Shown here piece after piece: positions 9,356-19,090 of a stretch of DNA of 64,000 nt. This DNA is from an uncultured delta proteobacterium (GTDB taxonomy: Bacteria > Desulfobacterota > Binatia > Binatales > Binataceae): NCBI GenBank assembly GCA_963808235.1, contig CAWEEQ010000003.1, positions 48,629 through 112,628 of the forward strand, read 5' to 3'. Below the pieces are notes generated by a model. It was given only the letters and a program-made list of their open reading frames with translations, made no database searches and was not told the origin of the DNA. A program made the position numbers and the translations under genes. How positions within the stretch are numbered: position 1 is the first letter of the stretch; each line of letters opens with the position of its first letter.

Positions 9356-10255
9356 ATGTTCGGACTGCCCGATGAGTTCACGCCGGGATTTCTGGCCCGG
9401 CTCGAAAGGCTCAGGATAAGGACGCGCCAACGCTATGCGGGGCTTGGTCGCGGGATGCATCTGTCGCCCAAGCGCGGGTCGTCGCTGGAGTTCAACGATT
9501 TTCGCCATTACTCGCCCGGCGACGACTTTCGCTACATCGATTGGGGCCTCTACGGGCGCAGCGACAAACTCTACATCAAGCTATTCCAGGAAGAGGAAGA
9601 TCTGCTCACCTATATCTTCGTCGACGCGAGCGCGTCGATGGGCTATCCGCCGGCCGATCACAAATTCGAAGCCGCGATGGTAACCGCGCTCGCGCTTGCG
9701 TACGTCGCGCTCGCAAGCGGCGACCGGGTGATGCTGCGGGTGCTGGGCGGCGCGGGCGCGAAGGCGAATCCGTCATTCGTGACGGGACGGCATCGAATCG
9801 TCGAGCTCGCGCGGCGACTGACCGGGCTTAGACCGGCGGGGCAATTCGATTTTGCAAATTCGCTCGCGCATGAACTGCTGACGATTCGGCGCGCGGGCAA
9901 AGTATTCGTGGTGTCGGACTTCCTGATGCTGCTGAACTCGGTCACCCGCGGCCTCGGGATGTTCACCGCCGCCTCGATGGATTTGACCGCGGTGCAAATT
10001 CTCGGCGGGCGCGAGCTCGACGGCCAGGGACTCGACGGCGACGTCGAAGTGGTCGACTCGGAATCGGGCGAGCGGCTCAGAGTGTCGATCGGCGAGCGCG
10101 AGCGCACCCAGTATCGGGAGACGATGCTGCGGCTGACGCGGGAAATCAAATCGTTCTGTCTGAAGCGCGGACTGCATTACGCGCTCTACGTCACCGATCA
10201 CGACTTCGAACAGTTCTTCGTGCGCGCGGTGCGCGACCTGGGCCTCGCGCATTAG
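9356..10255 (+). CDS. DUF58 VWA-like protein
   Basis: GSSLEFNDFRHYSPGDDFRYIDW, DASASM, VVSDFL; directly follows moxR. Confidence 0.9.
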   Translation: MFGLPDEFTPGFLARLERLRIRTRQRYAGLGRGMHLSPKRGSSLEFNDFRHYSPGDDFRYIDWGLYGRSDKLYIKLFQEEEDLLTYIFVDASASMGYPPADHKFEAAMVTALALAYVALASGDRVMLRVLGGAGAKANPSFVTGRHRIVELARRLTGLRPAGQFDFANSLAHELLTIRRAGKVFVVSDFLMLLNSVTRGLGMFTAASMDLTAVQILGGRELDGQGLDGDVEVVDSESGERLRVSIGERERTQYRETMLRLTREIKSFCLKRGLHYALYVTDHDFEQFFVRAVRDLGLAH

Positions 10256-10264
10256 AGTTTTGCG

Positions 10265-12067
10265 ATGGGACTGCTTTTTCCAGGCGCACTCGTATTCCTC
10301 GCTATCGTTCCGGCGCTGGTGCTTGCGTATTTGGCGCGGGAGCGGCCTTCGCAGGTTACGGTGTCGAGCGTGCTCGCGTTTCGCGCGCTGCGCGGTTTTC
10401 GGCGCGAGCGTTTCGGCGGATGGCCGCGCTTCGATTGGATGTTTTTTGCCGAGGCGCTGATCCTGATTCTCGCGGTGCTCGCGATGGCGGGGCCGTTTAT
10501 CTGGAAAAAAACTAATCCGCTCGCAGTGGTGCTCGATAACTCGGCCGCGATGCAGGCGCTAACGCCGTCGGGCAAGACTCGTTTCGAACTTGCGCGCGAA
10601 AAGATCGACGCCGCGTTGTCGGCTGAAGACGGCGGCGAAATTTCCATTTACGTGACCGCGCCGCAGCCGCGCCGGATCGCGCCGGCATTCAACACGCTGA
10701 CCGAGGCGCGGCTCGCGCTTGGGCGAATCAAGCCGACCGACGCGCCCAACGATCAGACGACGCTGGTGAATTTTCTGGGCAACCTGGCGGCTGAAGCGCG
10801 CGTCGCGAAGGTGATTTTCGCGGGGCTTAACACGCTCGCCGCGCCGGTGCCGCCGCGGATTCATCCGATAGCGGTCGGCGATCCGGTTGCCAACTTTGCG
10901 ATCGGATCGTTCTCGCTGCGGCGCGAAGTCCTTGGCGCGGAAGCACTTCACGCGAACCTGACGGTCGGAAACTTCAGCACCGAGACGCACACCCTGGAAA
11001 TCGTCGTGACCGGAGACGGCAAGCAAGTCGCCCACGCAAAAGAATCTCTGGGCGCTCGCGAGACTGGATCGTTCGAGTTTCCGGCGCTGCGCCCGGCGCA
11101 GGTTTACAAAGTACAACTCGGTCCGGCCGACGCGCTCGCGCTTGACAACGTCGCCTACGCAACCGCGGGCTCGGTCAAGGCAGTCACGATTGCGTTCATC
11201 AGCCCGACTCCGGCCGACGCAAGCGGGCTCAAATCTATTCCGGGGGTCGAAGTTATCGCGCGCACTCCCGACGCCTACCAGCCCGACGATCTGGCAAATG
11301 TCGATCTCGCAATTTTCGAGTACGCCATACCGAGGTCGATTCCGGCTGTAAACACGATGCTGGTGATGCCTCCGCCGGGGGATCGGGTCTTCGGCCTGCT
11401 CGTCACGCCGGCCGCGCAGATCCAAATCGCCGGATGGCGCCAGACCGATACGCTGACCGACTCCGTGAACTTCCGCCTGCTGACGCTGCGTGGCGGCGAA
11501 TATTTCGGGACTCATCCGTGGATGAGCGAAGTGGTCAGCGGCGACGGCGGCGCGCTGATTCTGAAGGGCGAGCGCGGAGGGCATCGTTTTGTCGCGACCG
11601 GATTCAATCCGTTCCCGTATCTTGGACGGCGCAATCTGCCGATGTCGGTGCTGACGCTCAACGCAATCAGCTACCTGGCCGGACTTGGATCGAGCGGCGC
11701 CGGTTATCGCACCGGAGAGCCGTGGCTGGTGCCGGCGGGCGTGAATAGCGTGGTGCTGCCATCGGGGAAAAAAATCGCAACGCAACCGGGCACGCTGTTC
11801 TCCGAAGTTTCGGAGCAGGGAGTCTATGAACTAATTGGTCCCGGCGGAGCGAAGACGCCGCGTGCAGTCAACCTCGCAGATTTGACCGAGTCGGATCTTT
11901 CCAACTCGCCGTCGCTCAAGGTCGAAGCAGTAGGCGCCGGCGCCGGGGCCGAGCCGGTGATGGAGAAATCTTCGCTGAGCGATTATGTGCTCGCCGCGAT
12001 AATCGCGCTGACGGCTCTGGAAGCGCTCATCGTGTATCGGCGGCGTCGCCGCTTTGCGGAGGCATGA
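10265..12067 (+). CDS. BatA N-terminal double-TM + VWA domain membrane protein
   Basis: MGLLFPGAL...VSSVLAF BatA-type N-terminus, VVLDNSAAM, C-terminal TM with E followed by RRRRR. Confidence 0.85.
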   Translation: MGLLFPGALVFLAIVPALVLAYLARERPSQVTVSSVLAFRALRGFRRERFGGWPRFDWMFFAEALILILAVLAMAGPFIWKKTNPLAVVLDNSAAMQALTPSGKTRFELAREKIDAALSAEDGGEISIYVTAPQPRRIAPAFNTLTEARLALGRIKPTDAPNDQTTLVNFLGNLAAEARVAKVIFAGLNTLAAPVPPRIHPIAVGDPVANFAIGSFSLRREVLGAEALHANLTVGNFSTETHTLEIVVTGDGKQVAHAKESLGARETGSFEFPALRPAQVYKVQLGPADALALDNVAYATAGSVKAVTIAFISPTPADASGLKSIPGVEVIARTPDAYQPDDLANVDLAIFEYAIPRSIPAVNTMLVMPPPGDRVFGLLVTPAAQIQIAGWRQTDTLTDSVNFRLLTLRGGEYFGTHPWMSEVVSGDGGALILKGERGGHRFVATGFNPFPYLGRRNLPMSVLTLNAISYLAGLGSSGAGYRTGEPWLVPAGVNSVVLPSGKKIATQPGTLFSEVSEQGVYELIGPGGAKTPRAVNLADLTESDLSNSPSLKVEAVGAGAGAEPVMEKSSLSDYVLAAIIALTALEALIVYRRRRRFAEA

Positions 12068-12070
12068 GCG

Positions 12071-14647
12071 ATGATTCCGCCCGGATTGCCGCACGACTTG
12101 AGCCTGGCGCATCCGCTAGCGCTCTACCTGCTCGCGATTCCCGCGCTCGTACTGCTGTGGGGAATAGTCAACACGCGAGAACTTCGCGGCGTGCCGGCTC
12201 CTCTAATGCGCGCGATCGTGCTTGCGCTCTTTGTGATCGCGCTGGCGAATCCGCAGCATGTGATGCACTCCGAGGGCGCGGCGCGGCCGGTGATCGTCGA
12301 CGCGAGCGCGAGTATCACGCCGCAGATGCGCGCGTGGACGGTTAAGTTGCTGCGTGACGAGCTCGGCCTTCGCGGCGGCGATCCGGCCTTCATGTTCGCG
12401 ACCGGCGCGATCCCGGAAACGATCGCCGCGATGGAATCCGCGTTCGATAACGGCACGGGTTGCGCCGACTGCGGAGCCGGCGCCACCAATCTCGAAGGCG
12501 CACTGTACCGTATCGCCGCCGATCCCGATGCGCATGGCGGCCCGGCGGTGCTGGTGACCGACGGATGGCAAAACCGTGGCGACGCGGAACGCGCGATAAG
12601 CGCGATCGTCTCCGCCGAGATTCGCCTCGATATCTTCACCCCGCCGGGTGCGCGGTCTATTCCAAATGTGGCGATGACCGAGCTCACGCTGCCGCACGCG
12701 CTCGAGAAGGCCGCACCATTCGCGCTCGGGGTCACGATGGAAAATCTCAACGACGCGCCGGTGAACGGCTCAATCACGATCGATCGCGATGGACTCGAAA
12801 TCGAGCAGCGCAAAGTCACACTCGCGCGGGGCTCCCAGCGCTTCGACTTTCCGGTCCATACCGAGAGCGTCGGGCTCGCTTCGTACGGCGCCGTCTTCAA
12901 ACCCTCCGATCCTGCGCAAGACGCGTACCTGGAGGACGATTCGCTCAAGGGATGGGTCGGAGTTGGCGCGCAGCGAAGAGTTTTGATCCTTACCGACAGC
13001 GCGAAGGACGCAAACTATCTCGGCACAGTCGTGCGGCGGATGGGACTCGATCCGGCGATCGTGACGGTGACCGACGAACAGTGGGACGGCAGTATTGCGG
13101 GCTACGACGCGATTCTGATCAACAACGTGCCGAGCGAGCGAATCGCGCCGGCGGCGCAGAGCGCGCTCGTGAGTTACGTCAATCGTGGCGGTTCGCTCGC
13201 GATGATTGGCGGCGATTCGAGCTTCGGACTCGGAGGTTACGCCGACAGCCCGCTCGCGCCGGTGATGCCGGTGACGATGAAACCCCCGCAGCATAAGGAA
13301 CGCAAACGCGCGCTGGTCATGGTGATCGACAAGTCGGGCTCGATGGGCCGCAACGACAAACTCACCTACGCAAAAGCCGCGGCCGGAACCGTTACCAAAA
13401 CGCTGAAGGACTCCGACCTGATCGGCGTGATCGGATTCGATTCGCAGCCGTTCGTCGTAATTCCGCTCCAGACGGTGGGACAGAGCCGCCCGTATTTCGA
13501 GGAAATGATCAACCGGCTCTCGGCGCATGGACAGACCTACCTGATTCCGGCGCTGAAGGAGGCTGAACGAACGCTCGGTGGGAGTGGCGCGCAGGTGAAG
13601 CATGTCGTGATCCTCACCGACGGCGAGACCGGCGGCACCGCCGAGATGTACTACGACCTGGTTTCGCGGATGCATCATGATTCCGGCGCGACGATTTCGA
13701 CGATCGCGGTCGGGCGCGAGGCCAACGTCGATCTGCTGCAGGCGATTGCGAAGTACGGCGGCGGATCGTACTTCCAGACCGACAGCGCGCAGAACCTGCC
13801 GCAGCTATTCGTCGAAGATTTCCGCAGTCATGGCGGCGAGACCACGATGGTCGAAAATGAGTTCTCGCCGCACAGCGCGAATCCCGATCCGATTCTGAAA
13901 GATCTTGCGAGCCGCCAGATGCCCGCGCTCAAGGGCTACGTCTCCACCGAAATAAAGCCGCGCGCCGATATGAGTATGTATGTCGACAGGAGCGGCACCG
14001 AGGAACCGGTAATCGCGAGCTGGAGATATGGCGCAGGAAAAGCGATGGCGGTTACCACCGATGCGAGCGGGCGATGGTCGGGAAAATGGGTGACCGGAAA
14101 TGTTTTCCAGCCGCTTTGGGACCGCCTGCTGGCGTGGATGACGCCCGAGTCGCCGGCCGAGCCCAAGATCGATGTTGCGCTCGGCTACAACGCAGGACGA
14201 ATCAATATCAAGCTTACCGACTACAGCGCCGAACCCGCCAACACGACCCATCTGGTGACGGTGCTGGTCACTCGTCCGGATGGGAGCAAAGTCGAAACGG
14301 CGCTCACCGAAGAAGTGGCCGGCGAACTGGCGGGATCGATCGAGGCGCCCGAGGCAGGGAACTACTATTTCGAAGTTCGCTCGCCCGCGGGCAAGGATAA
14401 AAAATTTCCGCCGCTCGCGTACACGGTGAGTCCTTCGGTCACCGCGGAGTTGCCGCGCCCCGAACCCAACTACGGCCTGCTCGAGCATCTTGCGTCGGCG
14501 ACCGGCGGGCGGCTCAATCCGACGCCGGCGGAAGTTGTGACCAGCCGCGCGACGATCGAGCGCCGGGTGTCGATGGATCCGTACCTGGTCGTTGCCGCGA
14601 TGATCATCCTGATCGGCGAGGCACTGGTACGACGCCTCACCGCATGA
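12071..14647 (+). CDS. Double-VWA / glutamine-amidotransferase-like membrane protein
   Basis: [21 protein letters not shown]...[30 protein letters not shown]-terminal TM GEALVRR. Confidence 0.85.
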   Translation: MIPPGLPHDLSLAHPLALYLLAIPALVLLWGIVNTRELRGVPAPLMRAIVLALFVIALANPQHVMHSEGAARPVIVDASASITPQMRAWTVKLLRDELGLRGGDPAFMFATGAIPETIAAMESAFDNGTGCADCGAGATNLEGALYRIAADPDAHGGPAVLVTDGWQNRGDAERAISAIVSAEIRLDIFTPPGARSIPNVAMTELTLPHALEKAAPFALGVTMENLNDAPVNGSITIDRDGLEIEQRKVTLARGSQRFDFPVHTESVGLASYGAVFKPSDPAQDAYLEDDSLKGWVGVGAQRRVLILTDSAKDANYLGTVVRRMGLDPAIVTVTDEQWDGSIAGYDAILINNVPSERIAPAAQSALVSYVNRGGSLAMIGGDSSFGLGGYADSPLAPVMPVTMKPPQHKERKRALVMVIDKSGSMGRNDKLTYAKAAAGTVTKTLKDSDLIGVIGFDSQPFVVIPLQTVGQSRPYFEEMINRLSAHGQTYLIPALKEAERTLGGSGAQVKHVVILTDGETGGTAEMYYDLVSRMHHDSGATISTIAVGREANVDLLQAIAKYGGGSYFQTDSAQNLPQLFVEDFRSHGGETTMVENEFSPHSANPDPILKDLASRQMPALKGYVSTEIKPRADMSMYVDRSGTEEPVIASWRYGAGKAMAVTTDASGRWSGKWVTGNVFQPLWDRLLAWMTPESPAEPKIDVALGYNAGRINIKLTDYSAEPANTTHLVTVLVTRPDGSKVETALTEEVAGELAGSIEAPEAGNYYFEVRSPAGKDKKFPPLAYTVSPSVTAELPRPEPNYGLLEHLASATGGRLNPTPAEVVTSRATIERRVSMDPYLVVAAMIILIGEALVRRLTA

Positions 14648-14663
14648 GGCGCAGAGAAAATCG

Positions 14664-15218
14664 ATGAGCGTCGAGGCTAAGCATCCGGACCATCGCGTGC
14701 AGAACAAGTATCCGGCCAAGGTGCGCTTCTGCCCACTGTGCGGCGCGTCGATGGCCTCGCGGATGGTGCTGCCGGAAAACAGTTTGCGCAAAGTATGCAC
14801 GCAGTGCGGCTTCGTGCTTTTTCCGGGGCCGAAGCTGGTCGCGGGATGCCTGGTGATCGACGCGGGCAGAGTTCTGCTGATTCGACGAGGGATCGCGCCT
14901 GCGCTCGGCAAATGGACTTTTCCGGGTGGCTATGTCGATTTCGGCGAGAACGCGGCGGACGCGGCGATTCGCGAGACTCGCGAGGAAGTCGGGATGCGCG
15001 TCTCGCTGGGGCCGCTGCTCGGCGTCTTCACCGACCCGCAAAGCGTCGCGCTGACGGTGGTCGTCTATCTAGCCGCGCCTGGTCCGGACGCTCCCGGTCT
15101 CTCCGACGAGGCGAGCGAGGTTCGTTACTTCGGGCCCGACGAGATTCCATGGCATGATTTGGCTTTTCCGACGACGATCGATGCGGTCACGGCGTGGGTC
15201 GCCTCGACGCGGACCTGA
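14664..15218 (+). CDS. NUDIX hydrolase with N-terminal zinc ribbon
   Basis: FCPLCG...CTQCG; Nudix box [23 protein letters not shown]. Confidence 0.9.
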   Translation: MSVEAKHPDHRVQNKYPAKVRFCPLCGASMASRMVLPENSLRKVCTQCGFVLFPGPKLVAGCLVIDAGRVLLIRRGIAPALGKWTFPGGYVDFGENAADAAIRETREEVGMRVSLGPLLGVFTDPQSVALTVVVYLAAPGPDAPGLSDEASEVRYFGPDEIPWHDLAFPTTIDAVTAWVASTRT

Positions 15219-15226
15219 TCGCGAAA

Positions 15227-16918
15227 TTAATTATCGCGGGCCGGCTTCACCATTTGGTGCTCGAAAGCCGAGGACATCGTGGCGAGCGTATCGGCCTCGG
15301 CGGGCGTCTTGTCGTCGCGAATCCGCACGATTCGCGCGAATCGTAACGCGATGCCTCCTTCGTACTGCGGACTGCGCTGGAGATCGTTGTAGGCGACCTC
15401 GACGACAACGGCTGGACGCACGGTCACGATGCCGTGCGATTCATCTGTCTTGAGCGCGAGCAGCCGCTCGGTCATATCGCGGAACTGCGCATCGGTGAGG
15501 CCCTTGAAAGTCTTGCCGACCATGACGAATGCGCCGGTTTTGTCGTCGCGCGCCGCGAGATGATAGTTCGAAAGCCAGCCGTGGCGGCGTCCGTAGCCCC
15601 ACTCCGCCGCGATGATCGCCAGGTCAAGCGTGTGGGTGTGTTTTATCTTGAGCCATCCGCGGCCGCGCGCGCCCGGCATGTATTTGCTCGCCAGCGACTT
15701 CGCCATCACGCCTTCGTAACCGGCGGCGACCGCGTCGGCATAGAATTTCTCGGCCGCGGGCAGGTCGGGCTCGATGATCCGATCGACAAGATCCAGGCCG
15801 GCCGAGTCGGCAAGCGCAGCCAGCGCGCCGCTTCGCTCCACCAGGGGAAGATCGATCAGCAAGTCGCCGTCGAGCGCGAGGAGATCAAACACGAATAGCT
15901 GCACCGGCTGTTCGGCGCGCATCTTTTCGACATCGCGCGTGCGCCCAAACCGGCGCATCACTTCCTGGAACGCGGCCGGGCGCCCGCTTGAGTCCACGGC
16001 GATCACCTCGCCGTCGAGGATCGCGTGACGCTCTCCAAGGCGGCGCGCAATTTCGACGACCTCCGGCAGGCTCTGTGTAATCTCGTTCATCCGGCGCGAG
16101 AAAATTCGCACCTCGCCGGCGTCCAGATGATGCACCTGCACGCGCGCGCCGTCGATCTTGTGCTCGAAAGAGATTTCCGGACCGAGCATCGCGAATGCCT
16201 CCGCGACGTCGGCGGCCGGCTGCGCGAGCATCGGCTTCAGTGGCTTCACGATTCGATCACTATGCGTGGGCGCACCGGTCGAAGACTTGTCCGCGGCGGA
16301 TTGTTCGGGAGAGCGCAGCAGCCGCACCACGCGGCCGAGGTCCGCCTCGAGCATGTGGATGCGGCGAACTTCGGCGACCGGCCGCGAAGCCATCCTGGCA
16401 ATCGCTTCGAGCATCAAACCTTCACTCATCCCGTGACGCATCTCACGGATCAGAATTTTGGCGATGTACTTGGCTTCCAGAGCGGATGCGCGCTCGAACA
16501 GCTCGCGCAGAGCATCGAGCTTGCGGTTGCGCGCGTGGCGGCCCTCGATAGCGGCTATCGCGGCGAATTTTTCGTTGATCTTACGAATCGTGAGGGTCGG
16601 CTCGGGGTCGTGCGGCCGGTGCTTGAGCATCATCTCGACCGCCTCCCCAAAGTCTTCGGCGGCGGTGAAGATTTCTTCGCCCTGCTCTTCGGTGCCGGTC
16701 AGGCCCGCGACGATCTTCCAAATCGCGCGGCCGCTGATTTGTAGGCGCTTCTCCTCGCCCTGCTCTACTGCGCGTCCGACGATAAACCGCGCCGCGATCT
16801 CGGCTTCGTCGATGTCGAGCGCGGCCAGGAACGTGCCGACCGTCTCGGCCATCTGAAGGCGGCTCTGAGTCTGGCTGAGCGACTGGCAGACCAGGGCGAA
16901 GTCGTAGAATGAGGGCAC
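15227..16918 (-). CDS. ATP-dependent DNA ligase (LigB/archaeal-like)
   Basis: PMLA, motif I EHKIDGAR, LDGE, FDLL, EGVMAK, WLKIK, LRFAR...RDDK. Confidence 0.93.
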   Translation of the reverse strand: MPSFYDFALVCQSLSQTQSRLQMAETVGTFLAALDIDEAEIAARFIVGRAVEQGEEKRLQISGRAIWKIVAGLTGTEEQGEEIFTAAEDFGEAVEMMLKHRPHDPEPTLTIRKINEKFAAIAAIEGRHARNRKLDALRELFERASALEAKYIAKILIREMRHGMSEGLMLEAIARMASRPVAEVRRIHMLEADLGRVVRLLRSPEQSAADKSSTGAPTHSDRIVKPLKPMLAQPAADVAEAFAMLGPEISFEHKIDGARVQVHHLDAGEVRIFSRRMNEITQSLPEVVEIARRLGERHAILDGEVIAVDSSGRPAAFQEVMRRFGRTRDVEKMRAEQPVQLFVFDLLALDGDLLIDLPLVERSGALAALADSAGLDLVDRIIEPDLPAAEKFYADAVAAGYEGVMAKSLASKYMPGARGRGWLKIKHTHTLDLAIIAAEWGYGRRHGWLSNYHLAARDDKTGAFVMVGKTFKGLTDAQFRDMTERLLALKTDESHGIVTVRPAVVVEVAYNDLQRSPQYEGGIALRFARIVRIRDDKTPAEADTLATMSSAFEHQMVKPARDN

Positions 16919-16973
16919 GTATCGAGATTAACCCGGCGCGCGGCAAATCGCACAAGCCGCCAAACGACCCCGC

Positions 16974-17789
16974 CTATTGCGGCATCGGATGCGACTTCAC
17001 GAAAGGCACGAACACTTTCAGAAATTCATCGCGACCCTCGGACATAAAGGCGTGGCCTGCACCCGCGATGAGGTGCAATTTCGCGCCGGGGATTTGCGCG
17101 GCGAGAATCTCCGAGTTTTTTGCCGGGATGAGAACGTCTTCGGCGCCCGTGATCACCAGTGTCGGCGCCTTGATTTGCGGCAAGCGCTCGAAGGTCTTGA
17201 GCGTGTAGGTGGCTTCAAGCTGGCGCTGGAACGCAAACGGCGGAGTTGGAAATTTGAGCAGGCGCGACATCGCGGCCTCGAGCTTGGCGCGATTCTCCTT
17301 GATGTACTTCGGCGTGTACCCAAGCGGCCATCCGCGGCGAATCACCTCCTCGGGTGAGACGCCTTCGCGCGGCGCGGTCAAGATTTTCAGCGATTCGGGC
17401 GGTGGCGGCACTGAACGCGTGCCACCGGCGGTGGTGCATCCGAGCGTGAGCGTCGCGGTCTGCGTGGGATGGCGCAGCGCGAACTCCTGCGCGATCATCC
17501 CGCCCATCGAGACGCCGAAAATGTGTGCGCGCGGTGCTTCGAGCCTCTTGAGCAGCCCGGCGGCGTCGTCGGCGAACATCTCGATCGAGTACGGCGCGTC
17601 GGGTTTGTCGCTCTGCCCGGTGCCGCGATTGTCAAACGTGATCACGGACCAGGTGCGCGCGAGGTCCTCGACCAACTCGGGATCCCATGCCGCGGAACTC
17701 GCGCCCAGGCCCATTATCATCAGGAGCGGTTCGCCTTTTCCGTACCGATCGTAGTTGAGATTCACATCGCCGACTTGAACTTTGGGCAT
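16974..17789 (-). CDS. Alpha/beta-fold hydrolase
   Basis: DNRGTGQS, GVSMGG nucleophile elbow, GAED, GAGH. Confidence 0.9.
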   Translation of the reverse strand: MPKVQVGDVNLNYDRYGKGEPLLMIMGLGASSAAWDPELVEDLARTWSVITFDNRGTGQSDKPDAPYSIEMFADDAAGLLKRLEAPRAHIFGVSMGGMIAQEFALRHPTQTATLTLGCTTAGGTRSVPPPPESLKILTAPREGVSPEEVIRRGWPLGYTPKYIKENRAKLEAAMSRLLKFPTPPFAFQRQLEATYTLKTFERLPQIKAPTLVITGAEDVLIPAKNSEILAAQIPGAKLHLIAGAGHAFMSEGRDEFLKVFVPFVKSHPMPQ

Positions 17790-17826
17790 TTTTGACTTCC
17801 TTCGCGACGGCCAGCGGCCAGACGCT

Positions 17827-18255
17827 CTATTTGTTACTACAAAATCCGTGCTTCTTCATGTAATCGACCGAGTTGCCGGTAAGCGCGTCCTCGGGCGTCG
17901 CATCGGCTCGATAGATCGATGTGTGCTGCGGATCGAAGTAGCACATGAGCTTGATAGCCTGCCCCGCGGGGATTTGGAATTCGACCGAGTCGGGCATATT
18001 GGGCGGTCCGTACGAACTCGCGCTCGGCGCGGCGGCCTGTTGCGCCACCTTGGCAGATCCGCCGTCCGTAACCTGGCACATCTTTACCGCGTCAATCTGG
18101 CAATTGCCGGCTGGAGCGGGTGAAATCTGCGTGCTCGCGAGGTTCGGCGTCTGCGCTGTTTTGCTCGAGCAGGCAGCGGACCAAATCGCGATCGCCGCGA
18201 GCATTCCATGCAACGAAATTCTAAGCGTGAGTTTACGAGTTCCGATCGTCATCAT
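17827..18255 (-). CDS. Hypothetical lipoprotein
   Basis: Hydrophobic N-terminus with lipobox-like SAAC; four further Cys. Confidence 0.65.
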   Translation of the reverse strand: MMTIGTRKLTLRISLHGMLAAIAIWSAACSSKTAQTPNLASTQISPAPAGNCQIDAVKMCQVTDGGSAKVAQQAAAPSASSYGPPNMPDSVEFQIPAGQAIKLMCYFDPQHTSIYRADATPEDALTGNSVDYMKKHGFCSNK

Positions 18256-18481
18256 AATTGCCCCAGTTTTTCAGGCTGCGCTCGACGCACATGGGAAGCT
18301 GCGCGGATCCAGCGCGCGCCGGTTGGCCGCTTCATTTGCGACCGGCAAGATTACGGAACCGATTACGGAATCGTCCATGCAGAGTCAGTTTCCTTTTATG
18401 CCGGATCGAAAGAAAAGAGAACCTGCAAAATGAGGGCCGATCGCACTCGAGGAGCATTTGTCGTGACACCTATCGGCCGAT

Positions 18482-18721
18482 TCAGCCGCTCGGGCCGCGC
18501 ACCGCCTTAACGGTATCGAGCAGATATTCCACCGCACCCTGCAGTTCTTCGAACGACGCATCGTCGCCGCGTTCGACCAGAGTCTGCACTCTGTCATAGG
18601 CCTCTGCGATCGATTCGAGAATGCGCGGTACAAATATACTTCTGGCGTTCATTGGACGTTCTCTCATGATAGGGGATCGATTGTTTCTATCGATCTGTTC
18701 GTGGTGCGAACTCTTCTTCAT
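18482..18721 (-). CDS. Small hypothetical helical protein (start uncertain)
   Basis: Amphipathic ILESIAEAYDRVQTLV...FEELQGAVEYLLDTVK; no known motif. Confidence 0.4.
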   Translation of the reverse strand: MKKSSHHEQIDRNNRSPIMRERPMNARSIFVPRILESIAEAYDRVQTLVERGDDASFEELQGAVEYLLDTVKAVRGPSG

Positions 18722-18789
18722 AGCTCATCGTCGTGTAGCTGCACGGGTCGTGGATCAACTCAATTGCTTTCTGACCAGATCATTGTTCA

Positions 18790-18903
18790 TCACCCGTGTT
18801 TCTTGAAGAAGTGGATTGCGACATATGCGACACCACCCCACGCGGCGAGGCTGACTAAGACTGTAAACGAGAAGACGACAATGCGTGATTTCAAGTCTTT
18901 CAT
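18790..18903 (-). CDS. Possible 37-aa single-pass membrane peptide
   Basis: MKDLKSRIVVFSFTVLVSLAAWGGVAYVAIHFFKKHG (3' part of ORF 18790..19056). Confidence 0.4.
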   Translation of the reverse strand: MKDLKSRIVVFSFTVLVSLAAWGGVAYVAIHFFKKHG

Positions 18904-19090
18904 CGGAATACTTCCGTAGTTGCCTAGAGTGCGACGAGTTAAGGGAGCGTCCATTCGCGCTGACGTAGACCCGGCCCGCGCCTGCGTCCTCTCTATAAAC
19001 CCATGTGTTTGGTCTTTGATTTTTTCGTCCACCGAAGACTCTCCACGTCTGCTCATTTTCTGAACGGTTCGACGGTGCGTGCGGACCTTG

